Below are positions 53,276-64,000 of a stretch of DNA of 64,000 nucleotides, one piece after another. Numbering within the stretch: position 1 is the first letter of the stretch; each line of letters starts with the position of its first letter. The notes beneath the pieces are model-generated. The model had not been told where the DNA came from, ran no database searches, and worked only from the letters and a program-made list of their open reading frames with translations. The DNA comes from Harriotta raleighana (taxonomy: Eukaryota), in NCBI GenBank assembly GCA_050575255.1, contig JBNZDD010013732.1:21338244-21402243 (forward strand). Reading direction: 5' to 3'. Position numbers and translations under genes: made by a program.

Positions 53276-53819
53276 ACAGCATGGTTGTGCAGGGGCCCAC
53301 TCCAATGTGTAATGTCCTTCATATACACACTTGGCTAAACTTGCATATAAACCATTGTATGGACAGCATTGTACCAAGATCGAGCCATCATTGTACTCTA
53401 TTAGATAAAATTAACATTGTTCATTTAATTCACAGTAAAAACCAGTAAATTTCGGCACTAGCTTTCCCAAACGTTTCATGCACAAGCCCAATATATAGTT
53501 TACTATCAATAGCACCAATTTTTGAATGTGCTTCTTCTGATCTATGGTTGGGTGAAATGCTATAAATATTATATCCTACTGTAAAGGTTGTCAGTTGTGT
53601 ACGATTTTTTGACAGCGCTAAATGAACCATATATGCTTGCCGCTGAATGCTTTCCTTAAGTCACTCCTATTGTGTAAATGATTAATAGCTTGAGTGTTAT
53701 GAACAAATGTGACTAAAAGTTGAAAACAGTGAACTGGTAAGGAAGACCATTTACTTTCACGTGTTTTGTCAGCAGACAAACAGAAGACATCTCGACTCAT
53801 TCATAAAGAGAACACTAAC

Positions 53820-53959
53820 CTGGATCTCTGGTAGTCATTTTCATCGTTGTCCAAACTAACAAGTTCATTGGGGCAGGCTTTATTTCCTAGAAGACTGAGG
53901 TACTTAAGTAAAGGCAACACTTCAGCTAAATGATCCAAAAGGGTGTCTAATTCTGTTAT
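53820..53959 (-). CDS. LRMDA: LRMDA internal coding exon, 140 bp (not in the ORF track)
   Basis: Manual translation [46 protein letters not shown](R) matches recalled human [47 protein letters not shown]. Donor is AG|GTTAGT, phase 2. Confidence 0.95.
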
Positions 53960-55537
53960 GTGTCAAAGGCCATGGGTTAAGGATTCAATCACATTAATGA
54001 AAAAGCATTTATAAGGAAGCACTCATAGGTAAAAAATTATATACATCACTGGCTGACAATCAAATTTACTGCAGCACTCAAGACATGTCAAAGTTATTGT
54101 TTAGGGGGCAATTCATAGCAAACACATGTCAGAATGTTGGCATATATTGAAAGAATGTGGCTCTTTTTAGTTTACTTTCTTTCAAAGGTGGTTCACTGAA
54201 AACATTTAAAACATTGACAAAATGATGGATGTTGTGTGGCTAAATGGTAAGCAATTGTTGAAACTGAAACTTTTCCAACAGGAAACAAACAGCTACTTCA
54301 CACTACATCCATCACTAATACATTCAGTCCATTGTAAAATGAGTCTGCAGTGTCAAACAAAAACAGCCTTATTCCCCACAAGAATATAAATGCTGTCTGA
54401 TAGCTCTGTGCAGTCATAATCAAGTTGCCAGCAACTTCTGAGCACCAGTGAGTGTTGTTGTCCTTTCACAGACTCTGTTGGCATCATTATTTTAAGTATA
54501 GCAGTAGAGTCTGGGTAATTTAGGAGTTGTACATAAATCCGTTGGTATTTTAATCTCATCTATTCTTATGAAGGTGCAACTCTCTGGTACCTCATTGTGT
54601 TGCCCATCCCTTACTTGTGATCCTGGACAGTGAAAGTCTCCAATAAATTTGACTTTGGATGCATCGCAGGCAAGACTGACTTGAGTCCCGGCTTTAGGTT
54701 ACTTATGTGTCCTTCCAGCAGGGGCCGCTGGAGAGAGATCATAAGCAGGAAACCTGGTTCATTTTCCCCATCCCAAGTCCAGGGGCTTTTAAGGATGACT
54801 GTAACATCATTCCTGTTGCCCCATCTGAGAAGAGCTAACTCAGCACAGACTGGGGATTAAACCTGGAGCCTTCCTGATTTGTGTGGATTAGTTTCATATA
54901 AAATCATGAAAAAGGTTATTTTATGGGGTGGACACTAGAGACAGAATCATAAACAGCGTGGGTTGTAATAAAGGCTGCAGTAAATTTGAGAATGGTGTAA
55001 CAATTACTTACTCTGCTAGAAATAGTTTGAGATTGCACATTTCCTTCTTCCTGTGAGAGCTCCTGAATGGAAGCTTCATACATACATAAAGGTACTATTT
55101 AGTTGAATAAAGCAATTCAGCATCTATCTAAATGTAATAAAAGAAAACCACAAGGAACACCATTAATACGTTATTGGTGCATAGCCAATTCTTTGCTTAC
55201 TTTTTTTGTGGGCCTGATTTTATCTCATTCAATAATCATTCCAGCAGAGGGCTCTCTGCCATCCAAGACAATCTCTTTCCTGCTTTCTTTTTTAAAAAAT
55301 AAGCATTTTCAATCTCTACAGTATTTAAAGATTTTTTTTTTTTTTTTTACACACCATAACATCCCATGTTACAAAGCAAAAGTGCAGCACAAATAGAGAC
55401 AAAGCAGGATTAAAAAGCTTTGGTGTGAATTTTTGCAAGTTAGTTTCTAGCGCACCATCTCAATTTGGGCAAAACTGCAAATGCTTCCCTTTAATTGGGG
55501 CACTGTGTAATTTACAACACCACTGCGCAAAGGATAT
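53960..55537 (-). other. LRMDA: U12-type (minor spliceosome) AT-AC intron of LRMDA, 1578 bp
   Basis: On the minus strand the 5' end reads CAA|ATATCCTTTG, the branch site TCCTTAAC lies at 53983-53976, and the 3' end reads ...CCTTTGACAC|ATAACA. The phase-0 join gives NKNQ|ITEL in frame. Confidence 0.95.
54620..54895 (-). mobile_element. Ancient SINE remnant inside the U12 intron
   Basis: The minus strand reads caggaaggctccaggtttaatccccagtctgtgctgagttagct (B-box-like sequence plus core). Confidence 0.55.
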
Positions 55538-55664
55538 TTGATTCTTGTTGATTGTCAGAGTATGAAGGTGTGGTAACCTGGGCAACTGGAGGTCATTTGT
55601 GAGGAGATTGTTGTCCAGAATCAGCTCTTCTAGGCAGCTGAATGCTTCCAGTCCTTCCAATGAC
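55538..55664 (-). CDS. LRMDA: LRMDA (C10orf11) internal coding exon, leucine-rich repeats, 127 bp
   Basis: Translates (R)[42 protein letters not shown], matching my recollection of human LRMDA ([43 protein letters not shown]). Acceptor is ttgttgttgcAG; the donor is the U12 consensus ATATCCTTT. Confidence 0.95.
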
Positions 55665-58289
55665 CTGCAACAACAAGGGAACAGGAAAATGATACGCCAC
55701 TAAATCAGGAAGGCCATTATGCACGGAAATAAATATTTCAACCTTCCCTTTCACGAGCTGGAAAGTTTTGGTTTGGTCTTGACAAGCGAGTGAATGACAA
55801 GAATTAGTGGCAGGGAGAGCGCTGGCACAGGCTCACATCTTTCACACTCTGGCAGGATGAAGGATGGGGGTCACTTAGTGAGTAGCCAGGATCTAAAACA
55901 AAAGGCTTCAGATATGGGGCCTACAGGATGAATTTGTCAATGTCTTGTGCCTTGAGGCACCCAGCCTTCCCTGACCCCAACCTTCATTCCCAAGATAAAT
56001 AACTCTGTCACAGTTCACCCTCATTCCCTGGACACAAATTTAACTTGTCATCCATCATTCAGTGCAAATATCATATTCTTAGCGCAGCTAATGAATCCAG
56101 TTTTATCATCACGCTCACAAGTGAGCACCGTTATGTGACGAGAAGAAGCGAAAGAATAAAATTAACGTGATATGCTTGTTACATAAGTGGGGGGGGGGGG
56201 AGCTTCACGCTTCTCACAGACTGCACCTGGAAATCAAAGCAAGGCAGGAAATGAATAGGGCCGCGGGAGCAAATAGCCCGTGCCCTGGTGCATTTAACCA
56301 CAAGAATACATATTGTTTCTGAATAATACTATGTAAATAGAATAATCTTATCATGAGAATCAGCAAATGGATTGTAACTGGCAAACTGGAAAAAAGGCAT
56401 ACATCTAAGTGCTTCAGGGGAAGCATAAAACAAAATGACAGAGCATGAAGTGGGACAAAGGCCTCGAAACACTAGAGGGAGTTGCCTATTGAAAGAGCCG
56501 GGCTCACACCAAAAGCTTGGCTGAACACTCAAAGACAGAGGGAGAGAAAAAAAAATCTCCACAAATCCCCTTACACCTGTCTGATTTTGATAATTTTGCC
56601 ATGTAATGTTATTAGCTGCTCAGTTAAAGGGAGATGCATTACACAAGGGTTTCCTTATTAATTGTTGTTTTCATGTCATCAGCACAGTGTGCATTTCATG
56701 ATTTAATCAGCTAAATTCACAACTGTGAGCCAAGGGGAAGGCAGAGGGGGGAGAAGAAGGGAATGGTGGGTGTTGACAGTCTCCAACATAAATCTGTCTG
56801 TTGTTTAAATCTCTTTTCTGTTCTGTTCTTCCATGATGTTATGCACACTTTCACCCCGCACTTGAGATGACTAGTGAGTGTAGAAACAGCATTTTGTAAT
56901 AGTTTGGTTTAGAAAGCTGACGAGCTTTGTTACGATTGCTTAGTGCACTTCGCTATTCACACAGCTCTAATGACCTGAGAGCTGCCATTATCTTACTCAC
57001 AGGTACCATCTCCTTCACTTCACTGGGGCTCACACACTCCTCCCAGAGGAGCCTCAATACAGCCAGATTTTCATTGCAATTTCCAAAGTCACATCAAGAT
57101 GACAAAACATCAGAATGCATTTCACTCTTCCAATTCAAATGGAAAGAACTTTAAGTTTCCACTGTAATTAACCCTATCCTCGTTAAGATAATTATGATCA
57201 AGATCCCCTGTCATACCTAATATCCCAGAATTATTGCCTATGGCTCACACTTCACCCTCATTATCTTACAAAAATGTTGCACACAACAGGCATTGGCAAG
57301 GAGCCCCCCTGCTGAGTGCAGAGGAGGATTGCTTTTGAAGGGAGGGGGCGATGTGTTATAAGGATCGGCTTTACCACACTAGTGTGAAAAAGCAATGTTT
57401 AGATTCAAACAAAGCAGCACAGACTGGGGAGTGACAGGCAAATTGACATGCTGTTCAGAGGGCAAATGATAAATGTTTGATGAATTGGCAAATGCTGAAG
57501 GAGTGATGGGCTTCATATGTGCATAATGGACTAGCTGCCTCTCAGTTCTGATTGCCTGCCAAGATAAGAGACCATAATGAATGGGCGAGCAAAGCCCTGC
57601 CATAAAAAGTAGGATTCAACTGGTTTTAATAAACTTAATAAAAAGTGCAGAAGCAAGAGACGGCAGTTGAAATGAGATGTGAGAAAAGAGTAAGATTAGA
57701 TCTACTTTAAAATCTTGACGGCAAAGTTGCAGGAGAAGGAAGTGGGAATAAAAACAAAGTTCTGTCACAGGGACTGTGAGACAGAGTGCCTCCGGTGCAC
57801 TGGGTGAATTATAGACTGCCTCTCAAGATTCACAGCTCTTCGTGGTAGGAGGTTAATATTCTCACATGTCATTAGGTCTGCTGGCTCCACTGATGGCTCA
57901 TTGAATCAGGCAGCAAATTATTTCCTCATGCTAGAAAGGACACCACACTTCAAAGGGAAGGAGCCCGGGTCAGGCTGGCTCTACAGTTTGATTAATGACT
58001 CAGGATCAGCAGTGGTTGCCTGTAGGTATGAATGTGACTGAGGCTTTTGACAACACTGACTTTAGAGCAGGGCTTGACCCGGGCCCTTACTAACTTTGTT
58101 TCTAACATTGCTTCTGACTGACCTGATGGGGCCTGTCAGTTAAGTTTATGACCTTTTATGCCATGTTACCAGGGATGGGAGTCGTTGTCTGCACAGCTGG
58201 ATACCTATTTTCCCCTGAATGTTTAATTCCTCCACTAAACAAATCTTTGCTGTAGTGATTTCATGCAAAGTATTCAGATTTTGGATTTT

Positions 58290-58403
58290 GTTCCACCCAT
58301 GAAACACAGCCACGTTACAGTCTATTCGGTGAAGCGCTTTGAGATGTCTCAATGATGTGATAAGGCGCAATATCAATGCAAGAATTATCATCATCATTAT
58401 TAT
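58290..58403 (+). mobile_element. SINE/L2 3' tail
   Basis: gtgaagcgctttgagatgtc...aggcgcaatatcaatgcaagaattatcatcatcatt. Confidence 0.75.
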
Positions 58404-59857
58404 TTCCTGCATAATTCATTTCACAAGCCACTTGTGATTTCATGTACTGTGCAACGTGCTTTTTTTCCCTCCCCTTGTCTACTGCAACCAGTGTGTTTGA
58501 GCAGCGGACTAATGCACCAAGGTATCACTGAGCAACCGTCACTTCCATTCCTTCTGATCAACCGGGTTTGATGGATGTCATTGACACAACTGTGCCAATG
58601 GCCTCTAGTAAACCACTCCCTGTATCAGACCACATCAAAGCTCTTCAACTACTTCCCCCTCCCCCACACCCACCTACAAAGGAGAGCCTTTAAAACCTAA
58701 TGGGAGTGTGATTTCACAAAACAGAAACTCAAGCAAAAAACAAAGGCTAAATTACATTTCACATCAGTAACTGCACTTTCAGACTTTTAACTCCCTGAGG
58801 CCAGAAACAATCTCAATGTTTGAACAAGAAGTTGAAATAAAAATGGCCGATTACTTAATCGTGCTTGGGCCTCAGGCCTCAGCAGTAAAGAAGGGATTAA
58901 AGTCTCCACCACCTGGGCTGCCGATCTCCTGGGCCCCATTATCATCCCCTTATTCATTTTTTTTAGCCAACAGATTAAAATGCAAGTGCCACAATCTTTG
59001 ATCTTTCATTCACCGACACAAATCCAATGAAGCCTCTAACATTTTCTGCTGTGGTAATTAGTACTCATTAAAAGGTTTCCAGCAGCCTGGGCATTGTTTT
59101 TTTCCCAAAAGAAATTGCTTATACAAGTGCCTTATATCTTTCAAATGTACGCATCACTCACTTTCGTCTTTAGCTAATTCGTGTAGATCAAGTAGATTAG
59201 AGACTCCATTATTTTCAGAGACAAGGGAAACAACAGGTTTTCATAATCTATCTGACCTGAGGATGCAACAGCAGTCTGATCAGGATTTAAATGCATTATT
59301 ATTTCAGTCTGTTCTAATAGCCCTTTGATTTAGACATTTTGAGAATTCAGTTTTTGTTTGGAAAAACCTCAGAGAATTTTTTTGTATATGAATCCATCTA
59401 TTGAAACCTCATTCCCATTTGTACATCTAAATAATACATTTAAAGATGGTTACATATTTTAAATAATTCATCTGACGATTCACTCTTCTGAGTATCCCCA
59501 GTCCTGGTGCACACAATAAATTCTTTCCCATTTAACATTTAACAGTTCTATGAACTACTGTGTAAATAATAAGCATGTGAAGGGTGTTATTTACTGTTGT
59601 TCATTGCATTACTTTCTTTTTATTTCCTTAGGAATATTAAAGGCAATGATTGGTCATTTAAGTCTGGTCACATTACAGAATTTATGAAAATGGTAAATCA
59701 AACACAATGCATACACAGAGATGTAACAAACACCAATTGTGTGTTTAAGAATGCAAGCGTATCATGATATCATGTTTTAGCCTTGGAACAATTTTTTTGC
59801 TGACATAAAATAAGAACAGTTGAATTTGTGCAGTGATTAGCTGAACTATTTATTTGT

Positions 59858-60070
59858 GCAAAACACAAAATACTACAGATGCTGGGAATCTGAAACAAAA
59901 ACAGAAGTTGCTGGGGAAACTCAGCAGGTCAGGCAAGAAAAGCGAGTCAACGTTGAGAATTGAGTTCTGACGAAAGGTCATGGACCTGAAACGTTGACTT
60001 GCTTTCCTTTCTCCATGGATGCTGCCTGACCTGCTGAGTTTCCCCAGCAACTTCTGCTTTTCTTTTTATT
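59858..60070. mobile_element. Penelope-like inverted-repeat element (two head-to-head terminal fragments)
   Basis: Perfect 34-bp inverted arms at 59902-59935 and 60023-60056. The sequence aaatactacagatgctgggaatctgaaac resembles the abundant chondrichthyan Penelope-type repeat (from memory). Confidence 0.75.
59962..60000 (+). ncRNA. Minimal type I hammerhead ribozyme motif (Penelope-associated)
   Basis: Stem I GAGTT/GACTT, core CTGACGA, one extra A, stem II AGGTC-ATG-GACCT, GAAA, palindromic ACGT stem III, predicted GUU cleavage site. Confidence 0.65.
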
Positions 60071-60149
60071 TAATCAGTTGTATGTGTTGAGTTATCTGAT
60101 CTTGGGATAGGCATCTGATATCAGCAAAAGGCAAAGTAAAATCAACCAG

Positions 60150-60375
60150 GATTATTGCTCCTAGCTGGAAGGTAAGATTAGGCAAGGTTTGTAATACATG
60201 GGGAATAGAGTCATCTGTGGTGGAGCAGGCCACCGAGAATTACATTGAGTGTTACTATATGAAAACAGACTACCCATCCCAACTAGTCCATGATGGTGTT
60301 TATATTCTAAATGAACCCCTACCCCTCCAATTCCCCTGTTCTGTACCCCTCTATTTCCTTTTCCCTCATGTATGC
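60150..60375 (-). mobile_element. Degenerate CR1 3' end
   Basis: acagactacccatcccaactagtccatgatgg resembles the reverse complement of a CR1 3'UTR. Confidence 0.45.
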
Positions 60376-63300
60376 TCAATGGACAAAATGATCTCCCTGT
60401 TCTTAATTTCTTACAATCTTGAAACCTCTCCTGCAGACCTCATATGAAGATGTCAGGTAAGGGAGGGCAAGATCAGAATCAGCTGTGACATTCACCATCA
60501 AGGTTCAAACCTGAAAATTGCCCACTTGAGTGAGGTACGATAAGGCAACCCAATTGATACCATTCCAATTCAGCAGGAAAAAAAGATTCAAACACCTTCA
60601 GATGACGAGAGGAGGGCAGAAAATGTTAAGAGAGAAATGGAAAGGGATATAAATGAGAATGATTTTATGGAATTCTACACATTTAGCACAAACTGGCTTT
60701 TGCAAAGTCTGATAGATTTGTTTCACATTCGGAAGTGCGGCAGATGAAAAGCTTAGTGCATAGCTTTATTGCTACTCAGCACTCTCCAATTCTAAAAGGT
60801 TTGGCACAATAAGTTCAAAATGGCAACAAAGGAAATCTTGTCATCTTAAATCAAACATGCGCGATAAAAAAATTGAGGCAGAGGTACTGTCAATCGGCCA
60901 CTGCTTTGATATTAATAATCTCTAGTGAAATTCAGACAAAATATCAACACTAAGTTTTCACAGCTTCAGTCTAGCTCCAAATCAGGCTGGATATAAATCA
61001 AATACCAGCTCTCCCCACATCCAGTGAACTTTGTTTTCTTTACAGATAAATTGGTGTTTACAGCTTTCACCGATTAATGGCACTTCCTGATATCATTAAC
61101 ACCACATACCTAATCACCAGCATGCAGGATCTGCAATTAATGCACAACCTCCCCTAGCAATTAACGAGATAAATAAAATAACATTAAAATGTTCAAATAC
61201 ATTCTTTAAGTATAAAAAAATCAAATTCGTAAATCCAATATTGTGAAGGAACTGTTTGTTGCTAAACTGGGGCAGTATAATCTGCTGAAAGGAGGAGGTC
61301 TTGTGATTTCCATAGTCAGAAACCACACCTTATTGCTGCAGTTTTTAAAAAAAATGATACACATGCAATCTATCCCACTGTCTTGTCTCCCCACCCAAAA
61401 TGATATTGCTTCCATCTGTAAGCTTTCTACACACTACAGCCAATGACATTTGTAAAGTTTGATACAGTTTTAAACTTTTTAATTTTATTTTTGAGGAGAG
61501 GAAGATGAAAGGAAAACTGGGAACTTCTAATCCAATAATGCCTTCTTTCTTCATTCTTGTCCTTTTTGCCCAACAAAATATTTCTAAGTATGTACTGTAG
61601 TAACAGAATTTGAAAGCTGTGCATTTCAACAAAATCAAAATGACTACTTTCCATGTTCTGAGAATATTGCTGGAATGAGTCACAGTTTACCAAAGAAAGA
61701 ACAGCAGTAAAATATCCCTGTTAAGTTGAAAAGCAAGTCTCTCACAAGACCCAGCAGGCCGAAGCCAACCTTTTAAATTTGATCAGGCCAGATTGCTGTC
61801 AACATCATTAAGTGTTACTCGGCAGTCAATCCACTCAATGAAAAGTTTTCTTCATCGTGTAATGATCCAAAACTTTTAAGAATACCACATCAAAGCTGTG
61901 CTTTGGAGGATCTCCTCCCAAACCACTCTCTGATCTTGCTCATAAAAATGAAATACTCGCCTATAATTAGTTTTGCTGTTAAATGAATGTATTGTAGTCG
62001 TTAACAATGCCTCTGCTTTGTTAACTGTTCCCCCAGGTACATATCAACAGCCAAAACCCCAGTCAACAATGGGGAGGGGGTAGAGAAAGGAGGCGGAGAG
62101 ACAACAGTTGTTAGGTTACAAAACACAGACTTCTCTTTTGTTTATACAGCAGGGCTCATCCAAGGTTGCCCTTATGTTCACTATAAATACTGACTACTAT
62201 TAATTGCAAGATTTATCAGGCTCAAACAGCATGCCAGCAGCCCGTGCAGGGCTGCAAGAATTTCAAGAGTAAAATGAGGTGGAAATAATCAATAACATCT
62301 ACACTTGCAGAGATACTCAACACCTGCACTTTCATTACCAACACAAAATGTAATCTATTTTGTCAATATGGTTTAAAAATATATATGAAAAGGACACGAG
62401 AATGTCTGTGGGTGGAATGAAAAGAAAATAGATCAACCCTGCTTTACTGAAAAGACCGGCATACCCAGGCGTAGCATCTGAACTTAGAACAACCAACACT
62501 TCGCTGTACACTATAATTTGCTGTAATTGGTACATCATTATTTTTCTTCTTCAAGGGTCATTATAATTCAGCATCACAAAGTTGCCTTCAGATGAAGAAA
62601 GCAAGAATTATTTTCATATTACTGTAAAATGAAAAAGTATAACAGGGATAATGGAGCTTTTCTCTGGAACGTTAAGGTTTTATAAGGTTAATACTTTCAA
62701 TAAATGTACATTGACCTAATTTTTAAATGGTGCCATTTTCTACCATCAACTCTAGTGGGTAATGATCCAAATATAGAATGAATTTGAGAAATAACTTTAG
62801 CGAGTATCAATTTGGTGCACGCGCTCATACTGTTTGCGATGTGATTGGGAAATCACAGCAAAGTTACTGTTAGAACATTGAAAACTTCTTATTTTTAAAG
62901 TGCTGTTAATCAGTTTGCCTGGTCATAAGAAAATATATTTCAGGACTTCTGCAAATTAATTTCGTAGTAAATGAAACTGAAAATTGCTATAATTGTTAAG
63001 CGAGAAAGTGTCCTCTCTCTACAACTCATCTGCAAAAGATCTTTTGTCTGGTACCATTATGTGTCATCTTGGCTAAGACTCTTGCCTACCAAGGACATTT
63101 CAACTGTGCAGCAGGAGCCACATTGAGGATTAACCAGAGCGCTTTCTCAGGCTTTAAGAACTACAGTAAATCTTCAAACAATTTATCCAAACAAAACCCA
63201 ATGTGTGGAAAAAGACACTGGAAACAGATGAATAAGCAACATCAATTACCAGGGTTTGACCTTCGTGCCCCACACCATGGTACAGATTTCACACCAAATC

Positions 63301-64000
63301 GGAGCAGATTGAAGTTGACATGCCTGTAGTGAAAACACTGGCCCTCACAAGGTTCCACTCCACAATCGCACAGCCAGGGAAGGGGTCTGTGAACAGGCTG
63401 GTGAATAAGAAATCACGCATAATGTGCCTGGGTTTATTTTAAAGTGAACAAAATGGCTCAATTTGCGCACTTAGTCTGTAGAAATTGACCAGTCTGAGGT
63501 ACAAGAGGAACATCTATAAGGACAGGAGAAACTGTCTGTAAATAAGTACACACAAAATAAGGACAATGGAACTCTTCGAATGAGTTTTACACGATTTTAA
63601 CTCCCACCCCCAACATCTCCTGTTTACACCACTTGATGTAGTATAAATACAGGAAAGAGGACCCTGTCAACACTGTATATACAACACCATTATATATTCT
63701 AATACCAGTCTTCAGAGATGCAGCTTCTGTTTGGGTATCAGTACAGTTTATGATATACTATTGCCTGATTGCAAAATAAATCAAAGAATGAATTAGATTC
63801 TCAAGCTCCCTGGTCACATTATGTTTGAAGCTACAGTGTTGCTCCAAACAACTGTGATACTATCCGAGGATCGATTAATCAATTGAGAAAACAAAAGTAT
63901 ACATATTTTCAATGTATTTAGCAGTGAACACCCATTCAAATATTGCAAAATATATTAATTTTCTTGAATTGCCTCAGACACTAACTATGTATCAGACAGA

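Larger units (their letters stand above)
43340..53819 (-). other. LRMDA: U2-type GT-AG intron of LRMDA, about 10.5 kb, phase 2
   Basis: Begins GTTAGT and ends ttcttttccAG; the split codon AG|G gives Arg and keeps the frame. Confidence 0.9.

Noticed and set aside
55460-55660. 66-aa ORF as a complete small LRR protein
   Set aside because: It starts at TTG inside an exon and runs past the U12 donor into the intron.
56992-57165. Possible extra minus-strand exon ending at the strong donor GTGAGTAAG (57000)
   Set aside because: Weak acceptor and no similarity to the expected upstream LRMDA exon.
347-63329. The many 60-150 aa ORFs in the six-frame track
   Set aside because: No recognisable domains, many use non-ATG starts, and their lengths fit chance. 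The exceptions are the LRMDA exons and LINE remnants listed above.

Overview
AT-rich vertebrate genomic DNA, most likely from a cartilaginous fish. The repeat repertoire suggests a holocephalan such as elephant shark; this is an inference. The only protein-coding sequence I can support is three internal minus-strand exons of LRMDA (C10orf11, leucine-rich melanocyte differentiation-associated protein) at 55538-55664, 53820-53959 and 43213-43339. They splice in frame. The first two are joined by a textbook minor-spliceosome (U12-type) AT-AC intron at 53960-55537. I found neither the upstream nor the final exons, so the rest of the window is probably large introns of this gene. Those introns hold a tRNA-headed Deu-type SINE family, L2 and CR1 LINE remnants (some nested), three copies of a TA-targeting Tc1/mariner-type MITE, and a hAT-type element with an 8-bp TSD. 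A Penelope-type inverted-repeat element near 60 kb carries a minimal type I hammerhead-ribozyme motif. Several repeat-free blocks rich in Pbx/Hox/Meis motifs are candidate conserved enhancers; in other vertebrates this locus lies in the ZNF503 regulatory landscape. There is one 212-N gap and two single-N joins with duplicated flanks. Nearly all listed ORFs are chance or repeat-derived.
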